Position numbers and translations under genes: made by a program. Source: Candidatus Roseilinea mizusawaensis (GTDB lineage Bacteria; Chloroflexota; Anaerolineae; J036; Brachytrichaceae). From it: DNA of 64,000 nucleotides. The DNA lies in the NCBI GenBank assembly GCA_016841965.1, contig JAEANN010000016.1:39305-103304 (forward strand), given 5' to 3'. Shown in pieces: positions 1 to 8,998 of the stretch (the stretch's first letter is position 1; every line of letters starts with the position of its first letter). The notes beneath the pieces are model-generated. The model saw only the letters and a program-made list of their open reading frames with translations, did no database searches and was not told the DNA's origin.

Positions 1-608
1 CAATCGACCGGCGCTTGAACCAGGTCATGACGGCCCTGTTGGGACGTGAGCCGTATATGGTGCAGACGATGATCTATTTCAAACCGCCCCATGCGCGCGG
101 CCAGGACTTGCACCAGGATCAGTACTACTTGCGCGCGCAGCCCGGCACCTGTCTGGCAGCATGGATGGCCCTGGATCGTTGTGATGAGGCCAACGGTTGC
201 CTGCGCGTCGTGCCCGGCAGCCAAAACTGGCCGCTGCTCTGTACAGTGAAAGCTGACACGACCAAAAGCTTCACCGATGTGACCGTGCCAATTCCAGAAG
301 GCACTGAAGTTGTCCCCGTTATCATGGATCCGGGCGATGTGTTGTTCTTCAACGGGCAGGTCGTTCATGGTAGTCTGCCAAACATAACTGATGATCGTTT
401 CCGCCGCGCGCTGATTGGCCATTACATTTACGGCGACGCCCGGCAAGTGGCGCACTTCTATCATCCTGTTGTGCGCATGGATGGCACAACGCTCGATCTG
501 GAGGATAGCCCGGGCGGCGGCGCATGCGGCGTGTGGGTGGAACAAGACGGCACGCCGGTGATCGAGATGAGCGGCGAACAGGGCCGGCCTCTGAAAGTCA
601 GCGAATAG
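1..608 (+). CDS. Phytanoyl-CoA dioxygenase (PhyH) family Fe(II)/2-oxoglutarate oxygenase, 5'-truncated by window edge
   Basis: Reading frame is open to nt 3. Contains an HxD motif (DLHQDQ), a distal His (VVHGS) and FRRA, as in PhyH-type dioxygenases. About 70 N-terminal residues are missing. Confidence 0.7.
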   Translation, partial: IDRRLNQVMTALLGREPYMVQTMIYFKPPHARGQDLHQDQYYLRAQPGTCLAAWMALDRCDEANGCLRVVPGSQNWPLLCTVKADTTKSFTDVTVPIPEGTEVVPVIMDPGDVLFFNGQVVHGSLPNITDDRFRRALIGHYIYGDARQVAHFYHPVVRMDGTTLDLEDSPGGGACGVWVEQDGTPVIEMSGEQGRPLKVSE

Positions 609-631
609 GCCGGGCCGGGTTGTTAAGTTCG

Positions 632-683
632 GTCAGGTTCGCAAGGTCGAGAGGCGCGGGCGAAGCGGCCTTGCGAACCTGAC
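632..683. terminator. 15-bp perfect inverted repeat (GTCAGGTTCGCAAGG / CCTTGCGAACCTGAC) with 22-nt loop between convergent genes
   Basis: Arms at 632-646 and 669-683. Lies between the PhyH stop (608) and the BNR gene stop (700). No clear U-tract, so it may be a REP-like or bidirectional terminator hairpin. Confidence 0.45.
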
Positions 684-699
684 AGATGCAAAATTGCCT

Positions 700-1584
700 T
701 CAGCCCTCGTATTTCCACAGGCCCTCTTCCTGAGTGCCCACCAGAATGGCGCCGTCGTCGAGCGGCGCAATCGAGACGATGCCGGGGGGTGTTTTGCCCT
801 CGGTGCGCGTCCAGGTTACGCCGGCATCGCGCGATACGGCGACCACCGTGGGGGTGGCGACAGCCAACAGCGACCCATCGGCTGAGGCGCCCAGCGCGCT
901 GATCTGGCCGGAGCGGAAGGCTGACCGCTTGTGCCAGGTATCGCCAAAGTCCTTTGAGTAGAACAGGCCGGCTGTCTCGCTGGCAGCTACCAGCGTGTTC
1001 TGACTGAAGCACAGGCCGGACAAGGGAGCGGCCTCCTCGCCGATCGTCAGTTCGCGCCATGCGCGCCCCCCATTGGTGCTGCGGAAGATTCCCGTGCCGG
1101 TGCCGGCGATGACAGTCTCGTCTTGAGTGAAGTGATGCGATACGGCCAGTGTCAGCACTTCCAGGTCGAGCAATCCAAAGTTCCATGTGTGCCAGGATTG
1201 GCCGTGATTGGTCGTGACCAGCACGCCGTCTTCAAGTGTGGCCGCAAATCCGGTGCCATCTTCGGCAAAATCTGGCGACAGGGCGATTTGAGATATATGT
1301 GAACGTTGCGGCATGCTGGGGGTGAACCACGTTTCGCCCCTATCGGTCGAGCGTGCCAGCCCGTCGGCTGCACCAACAATGACATAGGGCTGAGCCGGAA
1401 AACTGGGAGATGCCGCAACTGCGGTGATTGCTGCAGGACGAAGCGACTCGGACAGGATTGCGCACGATTCGCCAACAGACCATACACCTTGCTCGCTGCC
1501 GATCAACCAGCCGGCTGCGCCGGCCGGCGTAATGCAGAAGATCGAGGAAGGGCCTTCAATGCGTTGCCATTTGTGCTTTGCCAT
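700..1584 (-). CDS. BNR/Asp-box repeat beta-propeller protein (sialidase/Ycf48-like fold)
   Basis: Five Asp-box-like motifs: STDRGETW, TTNHGQSW, STNGGRAW, SKDFGDTW, SRDAGVTW. Start set at ATG 1584; TTG 1593 is the alternative. Confidence 0.7.
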   Translation of the reverse strand: MAKHKWQRIEGPSSIFCITPAGAAGWLIGSEQGVWSVGESCAILSESLRPAAITAVAASPSFPAQPYVIVGAADGLARSTDRGETWFTPSMPQRSHISQIALSPDFAEDGTGFAATLEDGVLVTTNHGQSWHTWNFGLLDLEVLTLAVSHHFTQDETVIAGTGTGIFRSTNGGRAWRELTIGEEAAPLSGLCFSQNTLVAASETAGLFYSKDFGDTWHKRSAFRSGQISALGASADGSLLAVATPTVVAVSRDAGVTWTRTEGKTPPGIVSIAPLDDGAILVGTQEEGLWKYEG

Positions 1585-1592
1585 ATAGGTCA

Positions 1593-1598
1593 ATTATC
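1593..1598 (-). promoter_or_regulatory. -10-like GATAAT 8 nt upstream of ATG 1584 (possible leaderless start)
   Basis: Minus strand reads GATAAT-tgacctat-ATG. Confidence 0.35.
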
Positions 1599-1758
1599 CA
1601 CACCCTGCCGGTTTCACCAATCGACACAGCCGACTATTCTCCTATCTAGGACAGGCCAAATGTCACCTGACAGACATCAGAAACCCACTAACATCCCCAC
1701 CGGCAGTCATCATCGGGTGTTTGTGCTGCCAATTCGCGTATCCGAGGTGTATTGATCT

Positions 1759-1911
1759 ATGGAAGAGCGTCAGCAGATTGAATCATCCACTGAGCCGCCA
1801 GAGTCGTACAAGCCCCAAGCTATCTTGATATTTCTTGCAATCATGCTGGTAGGCTACATCCTGTATTGGGCCTACGTTTGGGTGATCACTGTTCAACGGG
1901 CAGGAGGGTAA
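1759..1911 (+). CDS. 50-aa single-TM protein, candidate ba3 oxidase subunit IIa (CbaD-like); below the ORF-track size cutoff
   Basis: ATG 1759 is preceded by GAGG 9 nt upstream. Protein: MEERQQIESSTEPPESYKPQAILIFLAIMLVGYILYWAYVWVITVQRAGG. Stop at 1909-1911, 4 nt before the cbaB ATG. The cbaB RBS (GGAGGG) lies inside its 3' end. Confidence 0.5.
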   Translation: MEERQQIESSTEPPESYKPQAILIFLAIMLVGYILYWAYVWVITVQRAGG

Positions 1912-1915
1912 ACAC

Positions 1916-2401
1916 ATGCACATTGATCGCTACGAGCGCTATTGGCTGATGGCAGTAGTAGCCACACTGGGCGCGTTCTTCGCCGCGCTGGTTGCAACAC
2001 TGGTAGTCTTCGGTGTCTCACTGCCCAGTCCGGCCGGGCGGGTGAATCCACAGAACCTGGCAGCCAGCGAGTTTGCCGAGCCAAGTGTGCGTAATATCGG
2101 CGGCAATCGTTACGAGGCGCATATCGTGGCCAAGATGTGGCAATTCGACGCCGGCCCAGAAGCTGGCAGCCCACCCACTATCCGTGTGCCGGCCGGCAGC
2201 GAAGTCACTTTCTATGTGACCAGCAAAGACATCTTGCATGGCTTCCAGATTCAATTCCACACTGTTAATATGGAAGTCGTTCCCGGTCAAGTCTCGCAGG
2301 CCACCGTCAAGTTTGGCCGGCCCGGCGTGTACGAGATTGTTTGCAATCAGTATTGCGGCGCCGGCCACGCCGTGATGTATGGTCAAGTGATCGTGCAGTA
2401 G
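1916..2401 (+). CDS. cbaB: Cytochrome c oxidase subunit II, ba3/B-type (one TM plus CuA cupredoxin domain)
   Basis: CuA ligand motif HGFQI...CNQYCGAGHAVM. Short 161-aa form with a single N-terminal TM helix. Confidence 0.9.
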   Translation: MHIDRYERYWLMAVVATLGAFFAALVATLVVFGVSLPSPAGRVNPQNLAASEFAEPSVRNIGGNRYEAHIVAKMWQFDAGPEAGSPPTIRVPAGSEVTFYVTSKDILHGFQIQFHTVNMEVVPGQVSQATVKFGRPGVYEIVCNQYCGAGHAVMYGQVIVQ

Positions 2402-2433
2402 CTCTGCAGTGTCTGAGCGTCTGAAGGAGATCT

Positions 2434-4143
2434 ATGCAAGCCACTCAAGTTCAACCTGTCCTTACGCGGGTAAGCTTTCCTGCCCTCGACATGTTGAGAA
2501 GCGAGCGCAATCTGGTAGGTGTTCACATTGCATCAGCGTTGATTGCGCTCACGGTCGGCATTTTCATGGGGCCGTTCCAGTCTTTCCATCGCGCGCCGGC
2601 CTTTGTGAATACTTTCCTTGGACAAATACCCGTCTTTTCTTACTACTATCAGGCTGTGACGGTGCACGGGGTGATGCTGGCGCTGTTCTTCACCACCTTG
2701 TTCATCGTGGGTTTCAGCTACTATGTCGTGCAGCGTTCGCTCCAACGCCAGATCAAGGGCATTCAATTGGCATGGGTGGCCTATGCGCTGATGCTGATCG
2801 GTCTGGCCATGCTGGTGTTTACGCTGGCGAATGATGTGCAGCGTTCAGCGGTGTTGTACACGTTCTACCCCCCGATGATCGCGCCGGCCATTTTCTACAT
2901 TGGCTTGGTGTTGCTGGTGGTTGGATCGTGGATTGCGGCGTTCCTAGTGTTCTGGACGTACAACGCCTGGCGCAAAGAGCATCCCGGCGAGCGTGTGCCG
3001 CTGGCTGTGTTTGCCATTATTGTGAATTATCTGATGTGGTTCATCTCCTCGTTGGGTGTGGCCATCGAGGTGTTGTTCATGCTGTTGCCGGCGTCGCTCG
3101 GTTGGATTCAGACAACTGATCCGCAGATGGCGCGTGTGCTGTTCTGGTTTTTTGGCCATCCGCTGGTTTACTTTTGGCTGATCCCGGCCTATGTGTCCTG
3201 GTACACGATGCTGCCCAAACAGGCTGGCGGACGTTTGTTTAGTGATCCGCTCGCGCGCATGGCTTTTATCATGTTGCTGTTGTTCTCGATCCCGGTCGGT
3301 GTGCATCACCTGTACGCAGACCCTGGCGTAAGCCAAGTCGCCAAGTTTGTCCACGCTTTCTTGACCTTCACCGTGACGGTGCCCAGCTTCATGACGGCGT
3401 TCAATATTGGCGCTTCTTTGGAGATCGCCAGCCGCAACAATGGCGGGCGCGGTTTTTGGGGATTCATTTTCAAGCAGCGCTGGAACGATCCGGTTGTGGC
3501 GTCGCAACTGGTGGGCATGCTGTTGTTTCTGGCCGGCGGCGTCACCGGCTTGATGCAAGCCTCCGCGCAGATCAACATCACCGTGCATAACACCTCGTGG
3601 GTGCCCGGCCACTTCCACACCACCCTGGGTGGCGCGGTGACGATGACGTTCTTCGGTATCCTGTACTGGCTGTTGCCGCTTTTGCGCGGCAGGGCATTGT
3701 TCAGCAAAAAGGTCGCGCTGGGCCAGGCGTTCACCTGGCTGGTCGGCATGGTTATCTTTGGTTTCACTATGGGCGAGGCCGGCTTGAACGGTGCGCCGCG
3801 CCGAGCTGACTTGGCAAACTCGCCTTACATGACGCCCGAAGCCGGCCTGTGGCTAAACGGCGCGGCGATTGGCGGCATAATTCTGTTCGTCAGCGTGGTC
3901 TTGTTGTTCATTAACCTCATCGGCACGTTGTTCTTCTCCACCAAACCGGTCGAGGGCGAAGCGCCGATTCAAACAAAAGTCGAAGTCGCGTCGCCGGCGA
4001 TCTTTGAGCGCTGGCGTCTGTGGATTGCAATTGTGGTGGTCTTGTGCGTGATCGCCTGGGGGCCGGTGTTCGTAGAGGCCCTTGACTTCACCAACGGCTT
4101 CACTGCGATTCCGTACACGACTAGCGGCGCCCCCTTGCGTTAG
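2434..4143 (+). CDS. cbaA: Cytochrome c oxidase subunit I, ba3/B-type
   Basis: Contains FFGHPLVYFWLIPAY, PVGVHHLY and HNTSWVPGHFH. Near-colinear with Thermus ba3 CbaA as I remember it. GGAG RBS before the ATG. Confidence 0.93.
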   Translation: MQATQVQPVLTRVSFPALDMLRSERNLVGVHIASALIALTVGIFMGPFQSFHRAPAFVNTFLGQIPVFSYYYQAVTVHGVMLALFFTTLFIVGFSYYVVQRSLQRQIKGIQLAWVAYALMLIGLAMLVFTLANDVQRSAVLYTFYPPMIAPAIFYIGLVLLVVGSWIAAFLVFWTYNAWRKEHPGERVPLAVFAIIVNYLMWFISSLGVAIEVLFMLLPASLGWIQTTDPQMARVLFWFFGHPLVYFWLIPAYVSWYTMLPKQAGGRLFSDPLARMAFIMLLLFSIPVGVHHLYADPGVSQVAKFVHAFLTFTVTVPSFMTAFNIGASLEIASRNNGGRGFWGFIFKQRWNDPVVASQLVGMLLFLAGGVTGLMQASAQINITVHNTSWVPGHFHTTLGGAVTMTFFGILYWLLPLLRGRALFSKKVALGQAFTWLVGMVIFGFTMGEAGLNGAPRRADLANSPYMTPEAGLWLNGAAIGGIILFVSVVLLFINLIGTLFFSTKPVEGEAPIQTKVEVASPAIFERWRLWIAIVVVLCVIAWGPVFVEALDFTNGFTAIPYTTSGAPLR

Positions 4144-4165
4144 CTACGACCGGAGATTGTGAGCT

Positions 4166-4459
4166 GTGTCTTCTGTCCACACTTCCTCGTCTTCGGCTGC
4201 GCCCCCCGTAACGGGGCGCAGCCTGAGCTGGCTGATCGCCGGCGTTGCCTTGCTCAGTTTTGGCGGCATGTTGCTCGTGATGGCAGTTGCCTTCGCCCGT
4301 GATCTCAGAGCGCTCCAGGATGCGCCTGGGCTGCTGTGGTCGGCTTTGTGCGGCGCGCCGACACAAAGTGAACTTGCCTTGCCGTTGCTGCTGGTTGTTG
4401 GGACAACGAGCTGTGTGGTGGGTGCAGCAGCGCTCGTGATCGCCCGGTTGCGCCGCTAG
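4166..4459 (+). CDS. Hypothetical 2-TM membrane protein
   Basis: GTG start with GGAG upstream. Two hydrophobic helices and coding-like codon usage. No recognisable family. Confidence 0.4.
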   Translation: MSSVHTSSSSAAPPVTGRSLSWLIAGVALLSFGGMLLVMAVAFARDLRALQDAPGLLWSALCGAPTQSELALPLLLVVGTTSCVVGAAALVIARLRR

Positions 4460-4474
4460 CCGCCGAATTAGCTG

Positions 4475-5011
4475 ATGCTCATATCTGCTGAATCTTCTGG
4501 CTGCACGGGTCATGCCGGCGCGATGAAACGAGTGTCCCTGTTGTTGTTCACTTCGCTCCGCATGACCCGCTGGCAAGGGGCCGCTGGCGCGTTCATCTTG
4601 CTGCTTCATGCGGCGCTGTTTGCATTTGGGCCGCCGTCGGCCATCTTTCTGGCCAACCACGAGCACGTTGTGGTCGGCGTCGTGACAGCAGACCAGTGGC
4701 GCGCGCATGTGGAGGCCCACCTGCGTCAGGCCGGCAGTCACTATCTGTCCCTCGGCGCGTCCCATGCGCCGCTACAGGCCGATCAGCCGCGTATCACATC
4801 GTTGCCGGGCTGCGGCTATGACGCGCTGAGCGTATCGGTGCGCGCCCTGGCGGGGCTGTTGCTCGTCATCCCACATAGCTGCGCGCTTCTCATTTGGGTC
4901 GGCTTGATCGACGTTCTGTCTGTTCTGGATCGATCGCCTGATCTGGCTTTAAGACCGCCTCCTCCCAAGTTGCTTTGCTCTGATCCAAGTGTAAGGCGCG
5001 GTTTTGTGTGA
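4475..5011 (+). CDS. Hypothetical membrane protein (start uncertain; ATG 4523 alternative)
   Basis: ORF only. Hydrophobic segments plus His/Cys residues (NHEH, PGCGY, PHSC). No RBS seen. Confidence 0.3.
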   Translation: MLISAESSGCTGHAGAMKRVSLLLFTSLRMTRWQGAAGAFILLLHAALFAFGPPSAIFLANHEHVVVGVVTADQWRAHVEAHLRQAGSHYLSLGASHAPLQADQPRITSLPGCGYDALSVSVRALAGLLLVIPHSCALLIWVGLIDVLSVLDRSPDLALRPPPPKLLCSDPSVRRGFV

Positions 5012-5126
5012 CAGGCGCGCTCCTGCTGCGTGTGGGCGCCGGCAGATCGCGCGCTGTCGTGCTTCAAGGTATTCGATCTTTTGAGAAGTCAAGTGAATTG
5101 TTTTGAGGTTTTGAGGAGGCTTTGAA

Positions 5127-5657
5127 ATGAAGATGCGAGTTGTAAGTGTTGCGGCCGTCGCAGCGTTGGTTCTGGCAGGATGTCGCGTAGTAACGCCCGC
5201 TGCACCTGCTTCCGGTTCTGAGTCTGCAACCGGCATTCGTATTGTGGATGCCTGGGTGCGCCCCACTGCCATGAAGACCATGAGTGACCACAGCCACGGG
5301 GAGAGCAAATCGGGTGGCATGGCGATGGATGGGCCGGTTAGCGCAGCTTATATGGTCATCGAGAACACTGGCGGCTCCGACAAGCTGATCAGCGCCAGCA
5401 CAGATGTGTCCGAGGTCACCGAGATCCACGAAACGAAAGACATGGGCAACGGTATGATGGGTATGCAGCCGGTGCAGGGTGGGCTAGACATCCCCGCCAA
5501 TGGCAGCGTCACGCTCAAGCCCGGCGGCTATCACATCATGCTGATGAAGCTCAAGCAGGATCTGACGCCCGGCCAGATGGTCAAACTCACGCTCACCTTC
5601 CAGTCGGGCCAAGTGATCACACTCGATGTGCCGGTGAAAGAACCGCCGATGCAGTAA
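5127..5657 (+). CDS. Periplasmic copper chaperone PCu(A)C (DUF461)
   Basis: Lipoprotein-like signal (LAGC). Motifs YMVIENTG, EIHET..M..MMGM and GGYHIMLM (H/M Cu(I) ligands). GAGGAGG RBS. Confidence 0.85.
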   Translation: MKMRVVSVAAVAALVLAGCRVVTPAAPASGSESATGIRIVDAWVRPTAMKTMSDHSHGESKSGGMAMDGPVSAAYMVIENTGGSDKLISASTDVSEVTEIHETKDMGNGMMGMQPVQGGLDIPANGSVTLKPGGYHIMLMKLKQDLTPGQMVKLTLTFQSGQVITLDVPVKEPPMQ

Positions 5658-5671
5658 GCGCATGGCCCTGT

Positions 5672-5708
5672 GGCGCGCCCGGCGCGAACCTGATGAGCCG
5701 GGCGCGCC
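5672..5708. other. 12-bp perfect inverted repeat hairpin (GGCGCGCCCGGC / GCCGGGCGCGCC) between PCuAC and SCO1
   Basis: Arms at 5672-5683 and 5697-5708 with a 13-nt loop. No U-tract. Confidence 0.5.
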
Positions 5709-5748
5709 GTATCCGGCATAGTCGTGCTTGTTGCACGAAGGAGGGAAC

Positions 5749-6375
5749 ATGAAAAAGCTTGTGATCTTCGCGGCGTTAGCCGTCATGCTTTGGCCGTCGG
5801 TGACAGGGTGCGCCCAAATCGAGGCTCTGGTCGGCCCACCTACGCCCACGCCGGTGCCGCGCGGCATTCTGGTCGATCCGCCCCAAACCATGCCGGATTT
5901 CACCCTCACCGATCACAATGGCCGGCCCACGCGCCTGAGCGACCTGACCGCCGATGGCAAAGCCGTGATGATTTTCTTCGGCTATACCCATTGTCCCGAT
6001 GTTTGCCCGTTAAGCATGGCCGATTTCAAGGCTTATAAGAAAGCGCTTGGCGAGACGGCGAACAAGGTGCGTTTTGTCATGGTGAGCGTGGATGGCGAGC
6101 GCGACACCCCTGAAACCATGAAGCGCTATGTAGCCGCCTTTGACCCCGAGTTCGTTGGCCTGACCGGCCCAGAGAATGAAGTGCGCCAGATCGGCCTGCG
6201 CTATGGTGTCCATTTCCAGAAAGAGAAGCCGCAGGGAACTCAGGCGGCATATCTGGTCACGCACACCGCTTATAGCTATCTGATCGACGCCTCGCTGCGC
6301 TGGCGTATGGTTTTCCCGTTTCGGGCCGGCGCCGAGCTGGTCGCCGAGGACATTAAACGCATTTTGGGTGAGTAG
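5749..6375 (+). CDS. SCO1/SenC copper chaperone (thioredoxin fold)
   Basis: YTHCPDVCP (CxxxC) motif and signal/lipoprotein N-terminus (VTGC). AGGAGGG RBS before ATG 5749. Confidence 0.9.
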   Translation: MKKLVIFAALAVMLWPSVTGCAQIEALVGPPTPTPVPRGILVDPPQTMPDFTLTDHNGRPTRLSDLTADGKAVMIFFGYTHCPDVCPLSMADFKAYKKALGETANKVRFVMVSVDGERDTPETMKRYVAAFDPEFVGLTGPENEVRQIGLRYGVHFQKEKPQGTQAAYLVTHTAYSYLIDASLRWRMVFPFRAGAELVAEDIKRILGE

Positions 6376-6440
6376 CAGCCCGCGAGATGCGAGGCGCAAC
6401 AAGGCTGGCGCGCCGGCGTCAGAAGACGTGGCGTCTGGCG

Positions 6441-7649
6441 TTATTTTGTGGCCGGCCCGCTGGCCTTCTCCGGCGCGCCGGCTATCACCCAGCGCTCGAT
6501 CATCTCGATCAATTCCGGCTTGAGCGGCTTGCTGGGCGGCATCGGCCCGCCGGCTTCGATTTCTTCTCGCCGCAGCATGCGAATGAGGTTGGACTGCAAG
6601 TTGCCGGGGACGATGTTCGGCTTGTGGTCGCCGCTGTTCATTACTTCGTCGTAAGTGCGCATCAGATAGTTGTTGTTTTCTTTGCCTGGCCGGTGGCATG
6701 AAACACAATACCGTTTGACGACCGGCTCGATGTGGGTCGCATAGTCGGGTGTCTCGCCGGGTTTCAAGACGGGCAGGGTCGAGGCCTGCTCGGCTGCTTT
6801 GGGCATTTCGGCTCGGTCGTCCCAGGTATAGCGCATGAAAGCGACGATGGACTCGATATCGCCGGGAGAGAGTTCGCCGCTATAGGCCCTGCCAAAGGGC
6901 GGCATGCCAAGCGTTTGCTGTCCCAGTTCGATGACGGCGTACAGCGTCTCGTCGGAGCGCGTGTACATCTCGTCCTGACTGTTGATGGGTTTGAGCGTTA
7001 CGCCTTCGAGGCCTTGCACGCCTTGAATCTTGCCGCCTTCGCCATCGGCGCCGTGGCATTCGACACAATGCACGGCATACAGGTCTTGGCCGGCCACAAT
7101 CTGTTCGGCCAGCGTGCCGGCCACAGTCGCTTCGGCCTGTGGGGGCGTGGTCACCACAGCGCGAATGGTCAGCGCGACCATGCCGATCACAATGGCGCTC
7201 ATCAGGCCGGCGGCGAATCTGCGATTCTTCCAGTGCCGTTTCGGATTGCGGTCAATGAACGGCAGGAGGAATAGCAGCGCCACAGCCAATCCCGGCAACA
7301 CAGCCGTGCCGACCCATTCCAGGCTGCCGGGGAAAAACTTCAGCAATTCGAACAAAAACAGGAAGTACCACTCCGGCCGCGGGATATAGCTGGTGTCGCT
7401 GGGGTCAGCCTTCGGTTCGGGCGCCACGCCGATAAATGTGGCCAGCCCAATCAGCAACAGAAACAGGGCGAACGAGATCAGCACGTCCTTGTAAATCGTG
7501 TCAGGGAAGAATTTCTCGCCGTGCAGTTTGGCGAGCCGATACTTCTCTTGGTATTCGCGCTTCTCTTCTTCGTTCATGGCGGTGGTTCCAGGACTGCGCT
7601 TGCGCGTGACGTTTATCTGCAGCGTCTGATCTGTCTCAAGCTCACTCAT
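6441..7649 (-). CDS. qcrC: Complex III subunit: cytochrome b C-terminal half/subunit IV-like domain fused to a di-haem c-type cytochrome
   Basis: PEWYFLFLFELLKFFPG motif plus 3 TM helices. Two haem-c sites, CVECH and CVSCH. Overlaps qcrB by 8 nt. Confidence 0.85.
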   Translation of the reverse strand: MSELETDQTLQINVTRKRSPGTTAMNEEEKREYQEKYRLAKLHGEKFFPDTIYKDVLISFALFLLLIGLATFIGVAPEPKADPSDTSYIPRPEWYFLFLFELLKFFPGSLEWVGTAVLPGLAVALLFLLPFIDRNPKRHWKNRRFAAGLMSAIVIGMVALTIRAVVTTPPQAEATVAGTLAEQIVAGQDLYAVHCVECHGADGEGGKIQGVQGLEGVTLKPINSQDEMYTRSDETLYAVIELGQQTLGMPPFGRAYSGELSPGDIESIVAFMRYTWDDRAEMPKAAEQASTLPVLKPGETPDYATHIEPVVKRYCVSCHRPGKENNNYLMRTYDEVMNSGDHKPNIVPGNLQSNLIRMLRREEIEAGGPMPPSKPLKPELIEMIERWVIAGAPEKASGPATK

Positions 7650-8301
7650 GATCCTTTGGCACTGCCGAGATGCCGTTGCGAATCACGAGGTACAGATGAA
7701 TGCCGATGACGGTAAGAATGACGAGCGGCAGCATCCACACATGCGCGGCGAAAAAGCGGGTCAATGTTACGGCGCTGAGATCTGTCCCGCCGCGTAGCGC
7801 GCGCAGGATGAAGTCACCGATGCCCGGCACAGTGCCGGCGATGGACGTGCCCACCGTGGTTGCCCAGTAGGCTTTCTGGTTCCATGGCAGCAGATAGCCG
7901 GTGAAGCCCATGCCCAGTGTCGCCAGCAGCAGCACAACGCCTGTGACCCAGGTAATCTCGCGCGGATACTTATACGCGCCATAGAAGAAGACGCGCAACA
8001 TGTGCAGAAAGACGACCAACACCATCAGACTCGCTGCCCAGTGGTGAATGCCGCGAATCAGCCAGCCAAACTGTACGCCGGTCATGATGTACTGCACGCT
8101 GTCGTAGGCGTGGTCGGGCGATGGCACGTAGTACACCGATAGCAGGATGCCCGTGACGACCTGAACGCTGAACAGAAACAGGCTGGCGCTGCCCAGCGTG
8201 AACCACCAATTGACTTTGGGAATCTTACGGTCGAAAACGGTCTTGTACACGCCGACGATGCCGGTGCGTTCATCCAGCCGGCTAATCCATTTCGATGCCA
8301 T
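7642..8301 (-). CDS. qcrB: Cytochrome b6-type (N-terminal half) subunit of the bc/b6c complex
   Basis: 219 aa with 4 TM helices. Conserved His pairs (IRGIHHWAAS, FFAAHVWMLP). Confidence 0.9.
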   Translation of the reverse strand: MASKWISRLDERTGIVGVYKTVFDRKIPKVNWWFTLGSASLFLFSVQVVTGILLSVYYVPSPDHAYDSVQYIMTGVQFGWLIRGIHHWAASLMVLVVFLHMLRVFFYGAYKYPREITWVTGVVLLLATLGMGFTGYLLPWNQKAYWATTVGTSIAGTVPGIGDFILRALRGGTDLSAVTLTRFFAAHVWMLPLVILTVIGIHLYLVIRNGISAVPKDHE

Positions 8302-8304
8302 GCG

Positions 8305-8793
8305 CTATGCCTCCACAACTCGAATCAGGAGCGTCCCGTCTTCAATCTTGGTTTCGTAGGTGTCCAGCGGTTTGGGCGGTGGGCCGTGCAACACTTCGCC
8401 CTGCGCGCCGAACTTTGCGTCGTGGCAGGGACAGGTGAAAGCGTTTTGATCGGCTTGCCAGGTGACCTGGCAACTCAGATGTGTGCAACGACTGGACAAC
8501 ACCTTGACGCCGGCCTCGTCGCGCAGCACATAGACGGTGTAGCTGCGGGTGGACTTGTCCCAGCCGTTGACCCTGGAACGGGTGAAGCTGAAGGGTGTTG
8601 GCACAGCCACAGGAAATGAATCCAGCTTTCCCAGCGGCACCCAGGCATCCGTGCCTCCGGCTTCGAGCGCCGGCGAGGCCAGGTAGCCCAATGCCGGCAC
8701 GCCAACCACGGTGCCCATGACAGCGCCGACAGCAGCCGCTGTGGCTGTCACGAACTTGCGCCGACTCGCGTTGACCGCGTCAGATTCAGACAT
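8305..8793 (-). CDS. qcrA: Rieske [2Fe-2S] subunit with Tat signal
   Basis: SRRKFV twin-arginine signal. Cluster boxes CTHLSC and CPCHDAKF. GGAGA RBS. Confidence 0.9.
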   Translation of the reverse strand: MSESDAVNASRRKFVTATAAAVGAVMGTVVGVPALGYLASPALEAGGTDAWVPLGKLDSFPVAVPTPFSFTRSRVNGWDKSTRSYTVYVLRDEAGVKVLSSRCTHLSCQVTWQADQNAFTCPCHDAKFGAQGEVLHGPPPKPLDTYETKIEDGTLLIRVVEA

Positions 8794-8998
8794 GCGCGTC
8801 TCCTGTGTTCTGTTTGGATGCGTCGAGACCGGCCAGGGTTACGGCCGCAATGCGCGCATTCTATGAAGTCGGGCCAAACTCGAATAGAGACATTTGACGC
8901 GCCGGCAACAGGATAAATGTCACTTTCCGGCCGGCCGTTCATCCAAATAATCAGCCGCACAGATCGCACATGTGACACCGAACAGGAGTTTTCGGGCG

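Noticed and set aside
1659-1672. Exact 14-nt match AATGTCACCTGACA (palindromic arms TGTCA/TGACA) upstream of the cba operon and again at 60007-60020; considered a shared operator.
   Set aside because: Several exact 14-mer matches are expected by chance in 64 kb on both strands (rough estimate). The second copy lies between convergent genes with no promoter. It is worth a genome-wide motif count, but it is not supportable from this window.
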